Of a stretch of 64,000 nt of DNA, positions 53,678 through 62,701 are shown in pieces; position 1 is the first letter of the stretch; every line of letters starts with the position of its first letter. Below the pieces are notes generated by a model. It saw nothing but the letters and a program-made list of their open reading frames with translations, did no database searches and had not been told where the DNA came from. The stretch comes from an uncultured Gammaproteobacteria bacterium. GTDB taxonomy: Bacteria > Patescibacteriota > Patescibacteriia > Magasanikbacterales > GWA2-37-8. Where the stretch lies: positions 268,830-332,829 of the forward strand of contig CAZQUL010000001.1 in assembly GCA_964596525.1 (NCBI GenBank), in the 5' to 3' direction. The position numbers and the translations under genes are program-made.

Positions 53678-56407
53678 TTATTCCAGTTCGCCCCAGCGGA
53701 AACCCTGTTTCACCTCTACCTTCACGGGTACGCGCAGTTCAACCACGCTCTCCATGGTTTGTTTCATAAGATTCCCGACACCTTCGGCTTCGTCGGGCGG
53801 ACACTCGACCACTAATTCGTCGTGCACTTGCAATAATAGTTTTGGGGATAGAGGACGAAATGTTGATTCTACGCTAAAGCTCGGCGTTTGAGGTTTGAGA
53901 TCGTTCAGCTTTTTTTCCACTTCGATCATCGCGAGCTTCATAATGTCTGCGGCCGTACCTTGGATAGGGTGATTTACGGCCATACGTTCTGCAGCGCTAC
54001 GCACCTGATAGTTGCTCGAAACAAGTTCGGGGATATAGCGACGCCGACCGAAGAGTGTTTCGCAGTACCCTTCTTTGCGCGTAAACTCGAGCGTGCGGTC
54101 GAGATATTCTTTGACACCCTTAAATTCCTCGAAATATTTTTCGATGAATTCTTTGGCTTGCCAATGCGGAATGCCGGCGCGCCAACTGAGTCCGTAGGTA
54201 CCCATGCCGTAGAGTACGCCGAAATTAATTTCTTTGGCAGCGTAGCGCATTTCTTTGGTGACGTCCTCTTGCGCCACGCCATGGATGGCGGCTGCGGTGG
54301 CACGATGAATATCATCGCCCCGTTTGAAAATTTCCATCATTTTTTCGTCACTCGCAAGCGAGGCTACGACACGCAGTTCGATCTGTGAATAGTCGGCTGA
54401 CACCAGAATATTGCCCGGCGCGGCGGTAAACGCGGTACGGATTTCGCGACCAAGGCGGGTGCGCACGGGAATGTTTTGTAGGTTCGGATCCGTGCTTGAG
54501 AGGCGTCCGGTAGCGGCGACCGCCTGGTTAAAAGTGGTGTGGATGCGGTGCGTAATCGGATTAATCAAGGTCGGCAGCACGTCAATGTAGGTGTTTTGCA
54601 GTTTGGTAAGTTCACGGAATTGTTCGATGTAGGGAATGACCGGATGCAGATCGCGCAATTTCTCGAGCGATTCGGCCGAGGTGGAGAGGCCGGTTTTGCC
54701 TTTCTTCACTCCTTCAACCGGAATGGCCAGTTTATCAAAGAGCACGTCGCGCAGTTGGATGGGCGAAGCAATATTAAACTCGGTACCGGTGAGTTCATAG
54801 ACGGTTGCGGTGGTTTTTTTGATGTCCGCTTCCACTTCGGCTGCGATGGCTTTTATTTTTTCAGTATCGAGCGTAATCCCGTTAAGTTCCATGGAAGCCA
54901 AAACAGCAATGAGCGGCATTTCCATTTTTTTGAATAATCCGTAATCATCGATCGCCGCTAGTTCTTTGGCAAGCGCCTCGGCGATTTTATGTACGTACCA
55001 CAGCTCCTCGGCTACGACACGCGTATCCACGCCAAAGAGACTCCCCTGTCCTTCGGGTGCGACAAGTTCTTTGCCGAGCGTTTTAAGTGCGATGCTTGAT
55101 AGATCCGTAGTGCGCGTTCCGGGGTTCAACAAGTAACTCGCGATCATGATGTCGGAAAGGTTGTTCGCGACTTTAATTCCGTGCACGCTCAAATGCTTGA
55201 TGCTCGTTTTGAGGTCATGCCCGATGAATTCCAGTGAAGCGTCAGCGAATATATCAGAGAACCCTGTGATTAGATTTCCGTTAATACTGTACGCCTCGTC
55301 TTTTATGATAACGACGAGGTGCGTTATAGTAGTGGCGAAAAGATTTTCTCCACTCGTGATGATTCTGGCAACGTATTTTTTTTCGGCACGAATTTTTTTC
55401 TTAACCTGCTCTAAATCTTTTTCTGTTGCAACCTCATGAAATAAAAATGTTGGTTTAAGGCTGGTTTTAGAAGTTTTTTTGGATTTATTTTCTTCGGATG
55501 ATGCTCCTGCGCTGCCCAGTTCGGGCAAACGTTTAAGGAGCGAAACGAATTCAAATTTTTGGAATAATTCCATGATGCGTTCGCGTTCGAACGGGCGAAT
55601 GCGGCAGTCTTCCAATGTAAAACTCAAGTCCGGCACGTCGCGGCGGATGGTGGCGAGCTCCCGGCTCATGAGTGCTTTGTCTTTTCCTTCGATAAGTTTT
55701 TTGAGTACGGAGGGTTTAAATTCATCCGCGGCATTCTTTTTTTCTACCGCGTGGTAGAGATCATCGATGGTGCCGTATTTTTTGATGAGTTCGGTTGCGG
55801 TTTTTTCGCCGATACCGGGAACACCTGGAATATTATCCGACACATCGCCGCGCAGCGCTTTATAGTCGATAACATGCTCGGGTCCAAAACCGAAACGTTC
55901 GGTTACGCCGGCCGCATCATATACTACTACATCAGTAATTCCTTTCCGCAGCGTGTACACTTTTACATGATTATCAACAAGCTGCAGCGTATCCATATCA
56001 CCCGTGACGATGAGTGTTGGGATCGATGCTTTGGTGGTTACGGCCGTGATCGTACCGATTACATCGTCGGCTTCAAATCCTTTCTTTTCAAAAATTTTAA
56101 GCCCGAAGGCTTCTACCACTTCGTGCACGAGCGGAATTTGGTCGTAGAGCGATTGGTCGGCTTTGGTGCGCGTACCTTTGTAGTCGGTAAACAGTTCATC
56201 GCGGAACGTGCCGCCAGCCACGTCGAACGTAACGGCGAGGTATGCAGGTTTAAGTTCACGCCACACCTTAAGTAGCATGGAGGTAAAGCCATACACGGCA
56301 TTAACAACTGTGCCGTTTTTGGTAGTCATGGGCGGGAGAGCATGGAACGCGCGATGAACAATGGCATTGCCATCGATAATGACAAAAAGTGGTTGTGAAG
56401 AAGGCAT
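53678..56407 (-). CDS. polA: DNA polymerase I (5'-3' exo, 3'-5' exo-like and polymerase domains)
   Basis: 909 aa. 5' nuclease N-terminus (FHALPPMTT). Polymerase motif A DYSQIELR, motif B RRAAKEINFGVLYG, motif C VHDE. Confidence 0.95.
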   Translation of the reverse strand: MPSSQPLFVIIDGNAIVHRAFHALPPMTTKNGTVVNAVYGFTSMLLKVWRELKPAYLAVTFDVAGGTFRDELFTDYKGTRTKADQSLYDQIPLVHEVVEAFGLKIFEKKGFEADDVIGTITAVTTKASIPTLIVTGDMDTLQLVDNHVKVYTLRKGITDVVVYDAAGVTERFGFGPEHVIDYKALRGDVSDNIPGVPGIGEKTATELIKKYGTIDDLYHAVEKKNAADEFKPSVLKKLIEGKDKALMSRELATIRRDVPDLSFTLEDCRIRPFERERIMELFQKFEFVSLLKRLPELGSAGASSEENKSKKTSKTSLKPTFLFHEVATEKDLEQVKKKIRAEKKYVARIITSGENLFATTITHLVVIIKDEAYSINGNLITGFSDIFADASLEFIGHDLKTSIKHLSVHGIKVANNLSDIMIASYLLNPGTRTTDLSSIALKTLGKELVAPEGQGSLFGVDTRVVAEELWYVHKIAEALAKELAAIDDYGLFKKMEMPLIAVLASMELNGITLDTEKIKAIAAEVEADIKKTTATVYELTGTEFNIASPIQLRDVLFDKLAIPVEGVKKGKTGLSTSAESLEKLRDLHPVIPYIEQFRELTKLQNTYIDVLPTLINPITHRIHTTFNQAVAATGRLSSTDPNLQNIPVRTRLGREIRTAFTAAPGNILVSADYSQIELRVVASLASDEKMMEIFKRGDDIHRATAAAIHGVAQEDVTKEMRYAAKEINFGVLYGMGTYGLSWRAGIPHWQAKEFIEKYFEEFKGVKEYLDRTLEFTRKEGYCETLFGRRRYIPELVSSNYQVRSAAERMAVNHPIQGTAADIMKLAMIEVEKKLNDLKPQTPSFSVESTFRPLSPKLLLQVHDELVVECPPDEAEGVGNLMKQTMESVVELRVPVKVEVKQGFRWGELE

Positions 56408-56553
56408 ATATATGATGTGTTTATCCTAACACAAGCGCCTTGGATTGTCGTTAGTCGTTTGAGTCTTGAGGCGCCTACGTTGACTATGTATGATTTTTAA
56501 GGTAGTACCAAGGTAGTACCATAGTGGGCGCGTACTGCGCCAGGGAGACGGCA

Positions 56554-57360
56554 ATGGCTAAAATGCCTGTTAATTATGAGCGCGGCCGGGTGGTAAAGCT
56601 TGGTTTTCGCAGACCGTACAACCACGGTTTTATCGAAATCGAAGGAAGTAAAGGTTCGGCGACAACCTTCCATATTAATACGGGACGGCAGGTAATTGTG
56701 CGTTCCGACGGCCTGCACCTCGGTAGTTTTCCAAGCGGGGTGCCGCTCATGCCGCGGGTGGGAGATGTTTTGCATTGCGTCACGGCGCCGTACCCAGGTC
56801 GTCCTGGGCAGCGGCGGTGTGTTCTGTGGTGGCGTGCGACCCAGCACGAAAGCGTTCAGCCGTTCGTAGTAGCTGATGCTGCTCGTATGCTTGGCCAGCT
56901 TCAGCTGCTTGTTACGCATTACCAAAGATTCTCCTTTCGCAACCAAGAGCCGCTCTTTCAATCGTTTCATTCGTGGCAAATCGACAAACAGCGCAGCTCA
57001 ATCGCCCGTGGCGTATTTACCCGCGAAGCCCATGAAGATAACGATGGTAACGGTGTTTTGTGGCTATACCCCTGGGGTAAGAGAGCGGCGCGCGTCGATT
57101 TTGTCGGCGCGGAAGCGCAAACCCTTAAGAATGCTAGGTGTTCCGTAGAGCACGTCGAGGGCATCTCGGTTGAGGTCGACGCTCGACGGTATGTGATTAA
57201 CCCTCACGTTCTGCGGCCGGTGAACGAGTTCTATGAACGCTTCTTTAAGCGACATCCCGACACTTTCTGCTGCGGGGAATGGATGCTTGCGTCCAAAGCG
57301 GGACTCGGCACCGCCGCGCAGATGGTTCGGGTTATTTCCGTGATTAGGAGAAATGTGTAG
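56554..57360 (+). CDS. hypothetical protein
   Basis: GGGAGACGG RBS before MAKMPVNYERG. No recognisable domain. Confidence 0.5.
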   Translation: MAKMPVNYERGRVVKLGFRRPYNHGFIEIEGSKGSATTFHINTGRQVIVRSDGLHLGSFPSGVPLMPRVGDVLHCVTAPYPGRPGQRRCVLWWRATQHESVQPFVVADAARMLGQLQLLVTHYQRFSFRNQEPLFQSFHSWQIDKQRSSIARGVFTREAHEDNDGNGVLWLYPWGKRAARVDFVGAEAQTLKNARCSVEHVEGISVEVDARRYVINPHVLRPVNEFYERFFKRHPDTFCCGEWMLASKAGLGTAAQMVRVISVIRRNV

Positions 57361-57369
57361 CTAACGTTG

Positions 57370-57393
57370 AAGCAGCTTCCGAGGCTGCTTTTT
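57370..57393 (+). terminator. rho-independent terminator
   Basis: aagcagc-ttccgag-gctgctt hairpin followed by ttttt. Confidence 0.65.
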
Positions 57394-57612
57394 AAGCTCT
57401 TCTTATTATTGTACATACTACAATAAGTAGTTCTTTCCCCATCACAATCTTGATCGTTCAAAAATGCTTGCCATGCGTATGCTGTTTAACATAGTTCAGT
57501 ATTTGCTATACATCGTATGCAGTTGGTTACCTATTTCTTTTTTCTGACCTTTTATTTTTTAATCAAACAAATCAATGGCACTTCGTAGTTTTAACTTCAT
57601 TTTTTTGATCTA

Positions 57613-57630
57613 TTGTTTCATGTGGAACAG
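57613..57630 (+). repeat. 18-bp palindromic motif TTGTTTCATGTGGAACAG, copy 1
   Basis: Seen directly in the sequence. Confidence 0.7.
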
Positions 57631-57657
57631 TGCGTATGCTTATACTTTATGGAATAT

Positions 57658-57677
57658 ATTGTTTCATGTGAAACAAT
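57658..57677 (+). repeat. perfect palindrome ATTGTTTCA-TG-TGAAACAAT, copy 2
   Basis: 9-bp arms; same core as copy 1. Confidence 0.7.
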
Positions 57678-57792
57678 ATATTTATGAGTAATGGTAGAAA
57701 TAGTATCTGCTTCGTCTTTAATTTTCATTCCCCTGTGTAGGTTGCAAGCTGCTTTTTCAAGCGTATCAGTATACTGCAATCCTAATTTTAAA

Positions 57793-57809
57793 TGTTCCAC
57801 ATGAAACAA
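57793..57809 (-). repeat. inverted copy of the motif, copy 3
   Basis: TGTTCCACATGAAACAA, the reverse complement of copy 1 (17/18). Confidence 0.7.
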
Positions 57810-57984
57810 TTGAAAACTTTATACCCGTGTCTTTTGTCAGTTCTCGGTAAGTAAGATGTTTGTTGTCAGATGAAGGAAAGCATTATTGGCAGGTTTGTTA
57901 TATGTCTTTAGATATATTTAAAGTGCAATAGTATATACCTTTAGAAAACAATGTAAAGCGCACTCTTTTCCACAGTTTACCCCT

Positions 57985-58088
57985 GGTTATCCACAAACAG
58001 TTCAAAGCGCACATCAACATTTTGTATACACTAGTGTATACAAAATTTAGAATAATCACCAGGTTATCAACAGGAGTATCCACAGAGC
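57985..58088 (+). promoter_or_regulatory. DnaA-box cluster upstream of the dCMP-deaminase/dUTPase gene block
   Basis: gTTATCCACAa at 57987 (perfect), TTATCAACA at 58063 and GTATCCACA at 58076, 100-200 nt upstream of the ATG at 58194. Confidence 0.45.
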
Positions 58089-58193
58089 GACTTTTGTTTA
58101 TAAAGAACCTGCAGTGCGAATAATCCCCATTAGTTCCTCACTTGTGAAACTTGTCAGTCCCCAGTACTATGAAACCATCTAACACCTCACCGT

Positions 58194-58685
58194 ATGGAAA
58201 CGACACCCTACCATCGTCCTGGCTGGGACGAGTACTTTATGGAAATAGCGCAAGCTGTAGCCAAGCGCGCCACCTGCGACCGGGGTCGCTCCGGTGCGGT
58301 TATTGCTCGTGATAAGCAAATTTTGGTTACCGGCTATGTTGGTGCACCGCGCGGCTTGCCGCACTGCGACAAAGTGGGTCACCAAATGAAAACTGTTACC
58401 CATGAAGATGGCCATGTCACCCAGCACTGCCTGCGCACCACGCACGCCGAGCAAAACGCTATCGTTCAAGCTGCTAAAATGGGTATTTCTATCGAAGATG
58501 GCACGTTATACTGCAAAATGACCCCCTGTTCGACCTGCGCCAAGATGATCATCAACGCCGGAATCGTGCGGGTTGTGTGCGAAAAACGCTACCACGCGGG
58601 CGCTGAATCCGAAGAAATGTTCCGCGAGCTCGGAATCGGGCTCAGCTATTTTGACGAAGGAATCGAGCAGTATGACCGACAATAA
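58194..58685 (+). CDS. dCMP deaminase (ComEB/cytidine-deoxycytidylate deaminase family)
   Basis: Zinc motifs HAEQNAI and PCSTCAKMI. 163 aa. Confidence 0.8.
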   Translation: METTPYHRPGWDEYFMEIAQAVAKRATCDRGRSGAVIARDKQILVTGYVGAPRGLPHCDKVGHQMKTVTHEDGHVTQHCLRTTHAEQNAIVQAAKMGISIEDGTLYCKMTPCSTCAKMIINAGIVRVVCEKRYHAGAESEEMFRELGIGLSYFDEGIEQYDRQ

Positions 58686-59235
58686 AAAGGTCATTTTTGG
58701 CTTTACCGGGCGCATGGCCTCGGGCAAGGGCGCGGCAGCCGAGTATTTAGCCGCCCGTCATGGCGCAGCCACATTTCGGTTTTCTACTATATTGCGCGAC
58801 ATCTTAAATCGACTCTTTATTCCAGCCGAACGGCCTGCACTTGTCGGCCTCTCTGAAGCGTTGCGCATCACCTTTGGCCAAGATATTTTAGCCAAAGTCA
58901 TGGCTGAAGATGTTCGTCATGCCGGTGCGCCGATCATTATGGTCGAAGGTATCCGACGACTAGAAGATATAGCCTATCTGCAACGTCTACCGCATTTTGT
59001 CCTGGTGGCTATTGAGGCAGACCTGCGCGTACGCTACGAGCGTCTCAGCGCTCGTCGTGAAAATCCTGATGATGCCACCAAAACGTGGGAGCAGTTTTTG
59101 GCCGACCAAGAACGTCCGACCGAAATCACCATTCCCCCGGTTATGGCTATTGCCACTGAGCGCATCGATAATAATGGAGACCGACATGAACTAGAACGGC
59201 AGCTTGATCTTTTAGTTAAGAAGTATACGACGTAG
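58672..59235 (+). CDS. P-loop NTPase, putative (deoxy)nucleotide/nucleoside kinase
   Basis: Walker A GFTGRMASGKG. Start overlaps the dCMP-deaminase stop by 14 nt. Sits between dCMP deaminase and dUTPase. Confidence 0.5.
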   Translation: MTDNKKVIFGFTGRMASGKGAAAEYLAARHGAATFRFSTILRDILNRLFIPAERPALVGLSEALRITFGQDILAKVMAEDVRHAGAPIIMVEGIRRLEDIAYLQRLPHFVLVAIEADLRVRYERLSARRENPDDATKTWEQFLADQERPTEITIPPVMAIATERIDNNGDRHELERQLDLLVKKYTT

Positions 59236-59287
59236 GCGCTTTGAGGTTTTACGCTGATTGTTTGAGATATCTTTACTTACGCCCCCT

Positions 59288-59713
59288 ATGAAAATTAATG
59301 TCAAAAAACTGCATGATCTAGCTAAAATTCCCACTTATGCGCATCCGGGTGATGTGGGGATGGATGTGTATTCACTGGAGGCGTTTACCCTTATACCCGG
59401 CGAGCGCCGTGTAGTACCGCTTGGGTTTGCACTGGAGTTTCCGACCGGTTACGTAGCGCTCGTTAAAGATAAAAGCAGTTTACCGCGCAACCACGGAATC
59501 CACACCATGGGCGGCGTCTTTGATGCAGGGTATCGAGGGGAATACAATGTCCAGCTGATAAACTTGGGTCAAGAGAGTGTAATCATCGAAACCGGCCAGA
59601 AAATTGCCCAAATTCTCATCATGCCCGTCGTTATTGCTGAGCTCCAAGAAGTGTCTGATCTTTCAGATACGGATCGTGGTGTGGGCGCCTTTGGAAGTAC
59701 GGGGGCTTTTTAG
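59288..59713 (+). CDS. dut: dUTP diphosphatase
   Basis: MKINVKKLHDLAKIPTYAHPGDVGMDVYS start. Motif III GVFDAGYRGE. C-terminal DRGVGAFGSTG (motif V). Confidence 0.85.
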   Translation: MKINVKKLHDLAKIPTYAHPGDVGMDVYSLEAFTLIPGERRVVPLGFALEFPTGYVALVKDKSSLPRNHGIHTMGGVFDAGYRGEYNVQLINLGQESVIIETGQKIAQILIMPVVIAELQEVSDLSDTDRGVGAFGSTGAF

Positions 59714-59793
59714 GCTAAAACAAGCAATAAAAATAACTTGACACCACGGCATATTTGTGATACTCTAAATTCCGAGTATCAATTAACTTTTTT

Positions 59794-60036
59794 ATGACAA
59801 CATCTACCCCTGATGGTAGTAGTACCATAACTGCCGCGTCCACTGAGAAAAGCGACGACGACCCTTTACCTGCCGAAAAACGCCTGTTCGACACCTTGTT
59901 TGAGTGCGCCCCGGTCACTGTTCAGTATGATGATGAATCGGCCGTGCATCATGCCTTACATCTTGCTGAGGAGCCGGGTTCAAGCGAACGTCTCAAATAC
60001 GATGTCCGCTTCCGCAACCGTTTGGCCTTTCTTTAA
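59794..60036 (+). CDS. small hypothetical protein
   Basis: 80 aa ORF with an acidic N-terminus. Confidence 0.35.
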   Translation: MTTSTPDGSSTITAASTEKSDDDPLPAEKRLFDTLFECAPVTVQYDDESAVHHALHLAEEPGSSERLKYDVRFRNRLAFL

Positions 60037-60050
60037 TATCTTAAATATCT

Positions 60051-60437
60051 ATGTCGGAGCGCTTTATTGATCCAGGTTTAAAACGTGCTGAAATGGCCAA
60101 AGATCCGTTTGTTGATTCTAAAGGCCCGCAGTTCGCGAGCCGACAAGATTTGGCAGCTGCTGACCGTGAAGCGCAAGCGGCCCGTCCAGTGCGCACCGCG
60201 GATTCAGAAACCGCACTTGATACTGCGCTTGAAGCGCACAATCCCTTTTTAGGCATGGAAGGAACCAAGGCGGAAAATGATGCTGAGCTTTTTAAACAGA
60301 CCGGCGAACAAATGTGGACATCAACTAAAAAACAATCGTACGGTGATACGCCGATTTCTTCTGCTCCGGCGCCTGAGTTTAGAAAAGAGTCATATAAAAA
60401 AAGCGGACCCGAGACGCAGACTAAGAACGCCGCGTAA
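60051..60437 (+). CDS. hypothetical protein
   Basis: 128 aa, hydrophilic; followed by a terminator. Confidence 0.45.
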   Translation: MSERFIDPGLKRAEMAKDPFVDSKGPQFASRQDLAAADREAQAARPVRTADSETALDTALEAHNPFLGMEGTKAENDAELFKQTGEQMWTSTKKQSYGDTPISSAPAPEFRKESYKKSGPETQTKNAA

Positions 60438-60451
60438 ACCCAACTTTTTGT

Positions 60452-60487
60452 CTCAACCTCCCTTAGCCGGGAGGTTGAGCGTTTTTA
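60452..60487 (+). terminator. rho-independent terminator
   Basis: ctcaacctccc-ttagcc-gggaggttgag hairpin followed by cgttttt. Confidence 0.7.
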
Positions 60488-60530
60488 TGAGCGCGTGTTA
60501 GACTATAGGTACTATTTTTTACCTTTTTAT

Positions 60531-61439
60531 ATGCCAGGGAGGGAATATTCGTTCGATACGTCCGATGTTGATAGTGATCTGCAAGCCGAGGCCGAAGCAC
60601 GCAAAAAACAGGAGCAGGGCCGCGAGATTGAAGGAGTGAAACAGCAGGTGGCCGAGATACAGAAGGGTTGGGATGAGGTGGTTGATCTTACCGAGGATGA
60701 TATCGAGCTCATCGGCGAAGAAGCTGAACTTATGAACGATGTATCCGAGGACGGCTCGGAATTGAAGCAGTTGCTGAACGAAATTAAAGATGAAGTTAAT
60801 GGTGAAACCGAAATTCAAGCCAGCCTTAAAGACGTGAAGGCGCTCATGAACGACATGTCATCCGAACAAGCGCAACAACTCGGAGAATTCATGATTGCGC
60901 AGGACTCGCCACAACGCGCGGCTGAGCGGGCGCTTGAGCGCTCCGATCGGGCGGCGGCCAAAAAATACGATACAGCGGTAAAAGATATCGATGCGGACTA
61001 CGGCGCTCGCCTGGCCGCTTTGCAAAGCGAATACACTCGCTATCAAAATTTTATTGCCCGCGATCCGAGCGTGCGTTCCTTGTATGGCGCGCGCATGACA
61101 GAACTACTCCAGCAGGCAGCGATTCTCAAGGAAGAGCGTGGTAAGAAGATTGAGGCGGCGCGGCAAGAGTATGAGCATGAAATAACTGCACCAGAAATGT
61201 CGGTTGAAGAATCTGCTGCTGCCTCAACTACTGAAGCTGAAGCAGTTCCGGTTGATGAAAGCATGATTGTCGAGGAAGGGCCGTCGAATATCATCCCGAT
61301 CTCACGCGCTCGCGCGACCCGCCCTACTCGTCCATCCGCCACGCCAGCCGCCAGGCCAAAAAACTCTCCGCCACCCCCACCCACCCCTCTACGTCCACGT
61401 GCGACCCCACCCCCACTACCGACGAGAAAAGCTGCTTAA
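60531..61439 (+). CDS. acidic coiled-coil protein with Pro-rich C-terminal tail (paralog 1)
   Basis: DDIELIGEEAELMNDVSEDGSEL motif, long helical heptads, and ...PPPPPTPLRPRATPPPLPTRKAA at the C-terminus. Confidence 0.55.
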   Translation: MPGREYSFDTSDVDSDLQAEAEARKKQEQGREIEGVKQQVAEIQKGWDEVVDLTEDDIELIGEEAELMNDVSEDGSELKQLLNEIKDEVNGETEIQASLKDVKALMNDMSSEQAQQLGEFMIAQDSPQRAAERALERSDRAAAKKYDTAVKDIDADYGARLAALQSEYTRYQNFIARDPSVRSLYGARMTELLQQAAILKEERGKKIEAARQEYEHEITAPEMSVEESAAASTTEAEAVPVDESMIVEEGPSNIIPISRARATRPTRPSATPAARPKNSPPPPPTPLRPRATPPPLPTRKAA

Positions 61440-61451
61440 TGTTTTGTTCAT

Positions 61452-62615
61452 ATGCCGGAATCGTCCAAAAAATTGGACCGTAGTCAGCAGGATGAGATTA
61501 GTCAGCTTGTCAGTGAGTTGCCGTCGGCTCGGGTACCTCAGGATTATGAGCATATCGCGGAACTAGGCGATGATGATATAGAATTTATTGGTCAAGAACA
61601 AGAAAGCATAGCAACTACGGCACGTCGCCAAGCTGGCGAGGCGGCCAAAGAATTGCGTCCGACTGAGCATGGCCGCACGTCGCAGGAAACAGCGCGAACG
61701 TTCACCGAAGAAGTGGCGGCTATCGAGAACGAATATGCTTCAAAAATTGCACCGTTGCGCCGCGAAATAGAAAAGTATCGTTCGCTCGAATCTCAAGGTA
61801 CGATCATGAAAGATTTTTTCGCGTCGACCAAGCGCGTTTTTGAGATGCGCCTGCGCCTGGTAGAAGATAGCCTGGCGACTGCTGTCGAGGAGGCGCGGTT
61901 GCGATTTGAACGCGAAGCGCGGCTTAACGCGATGCAAAAACACGTGGGCGCTTACGACCGCCGCGTCGGAGATATTAATGCTGAATTCGAAACCGTGGGT
62001 GGATCTGAACTGCGTGAGCTGAATGATCATCTGGATCAGATTGGAAAAAATCCAGCGATGGCTAAAATCTATGACGCACGGTTGAAAGAATTGGCTCTGG
62101 CACTTGAACCGGCACGCCGTAAGCGCGATACGGCACTTGCTATCGCCGCCCGTGAATTCGAAGAGTCTACGAAGACGCTTGCGCCGAGCGAGCCAAGCGC
62201 GCGCGAAGTTGTGGCCGTACTGCATCGCCAGTTCGAAAATGACACCCGGCCGATCATGAAAAAAGTTCAGGAATACACCCGATTTACCGGTGCCAGTCCA
62301 ACCGAACGCGCCCGCGCCGAAAAGAAAGTCGAAGCGCTTCTACAGATCGTTTTAACTATGGCTGCGGCCCGTGACCGGGCGATTGGAGAAGCCAAAGCGA
62401 TGTTTTCAAGTGAGGGCAGTATCGCCGTTAACCCAGAGGCCGACCACTCGTTGCGCACAACGCTCCGCCCCGGCGAAGCGCCACTTGCGGAACGTAAGAC
62501 CGAGCCGTCGCTCCGGCAGGTGGTGGGCCAAACTCTGCCGCCTTTGCGTCCGACTCGCCGGGTTGAACCACTGCAGCGCATTGATGATCAAAAGCCTCAG
62601 ACCAAAGCTGCTTAA
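61452..62615 (+). CDS. acidic coiled-coil protein (paralog 2)
   Basis: DDIEFIGQEQESIATT motif in the equivalent position, similar coiled-coil body, and a ...QKPQTKAA C-terminus. The gene starts 12 nt after paralog 1 ends. Confidence 0.55.
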   Translation: MPESSKKLDRSQQDEISQLVSELPSARVPQDYEHIAELGDDDIEFIGQEQESIATTARRQAGEAAKELRPTEHGRTSQETARTFTEEVAAIENEYASKIAPLRREIEKYRSLESQGTIMKDFFASTKRVFEMRLRLVEDSLATAVEEARLRFEREARLNAMQKHVGAYDRRVGDINAEFETVGGSELRELNDHLDQIGKNPAMAKIYDARLKELALALEPARRKRDTALAIAAREFEESTKTLAPSEPSAREVVAVLHRQFENDTRPIMKKVQEYTRFTGASPTERARAEKKVEALLQIVLTMAAARDRAIGEAKAMFSSEGSIAVNPEADHSLRTTLRPGEAPLAERKTEPSLRQVVGQTLPPLRPTRRVEPLQRIDDQKPQTKAA

Positions 62616-62701
62616 AGCGGACTTTCAAAAACGAATAGTTAGTTTTATACTACGCACGTCGCCCCAGGGCGGCGTGTCGTTGTTTCATTATTCTTGCGCG
62701 T

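Noticed and set aside
57618-57809. 63-aa minus-strand ORF spanning the palindromic repeats
   Set aside because: It has a TTG start embedded in the palindrome, is AT-rich with low-complexity content, and has no RBS. It is more likely a non-coding regulatory region.
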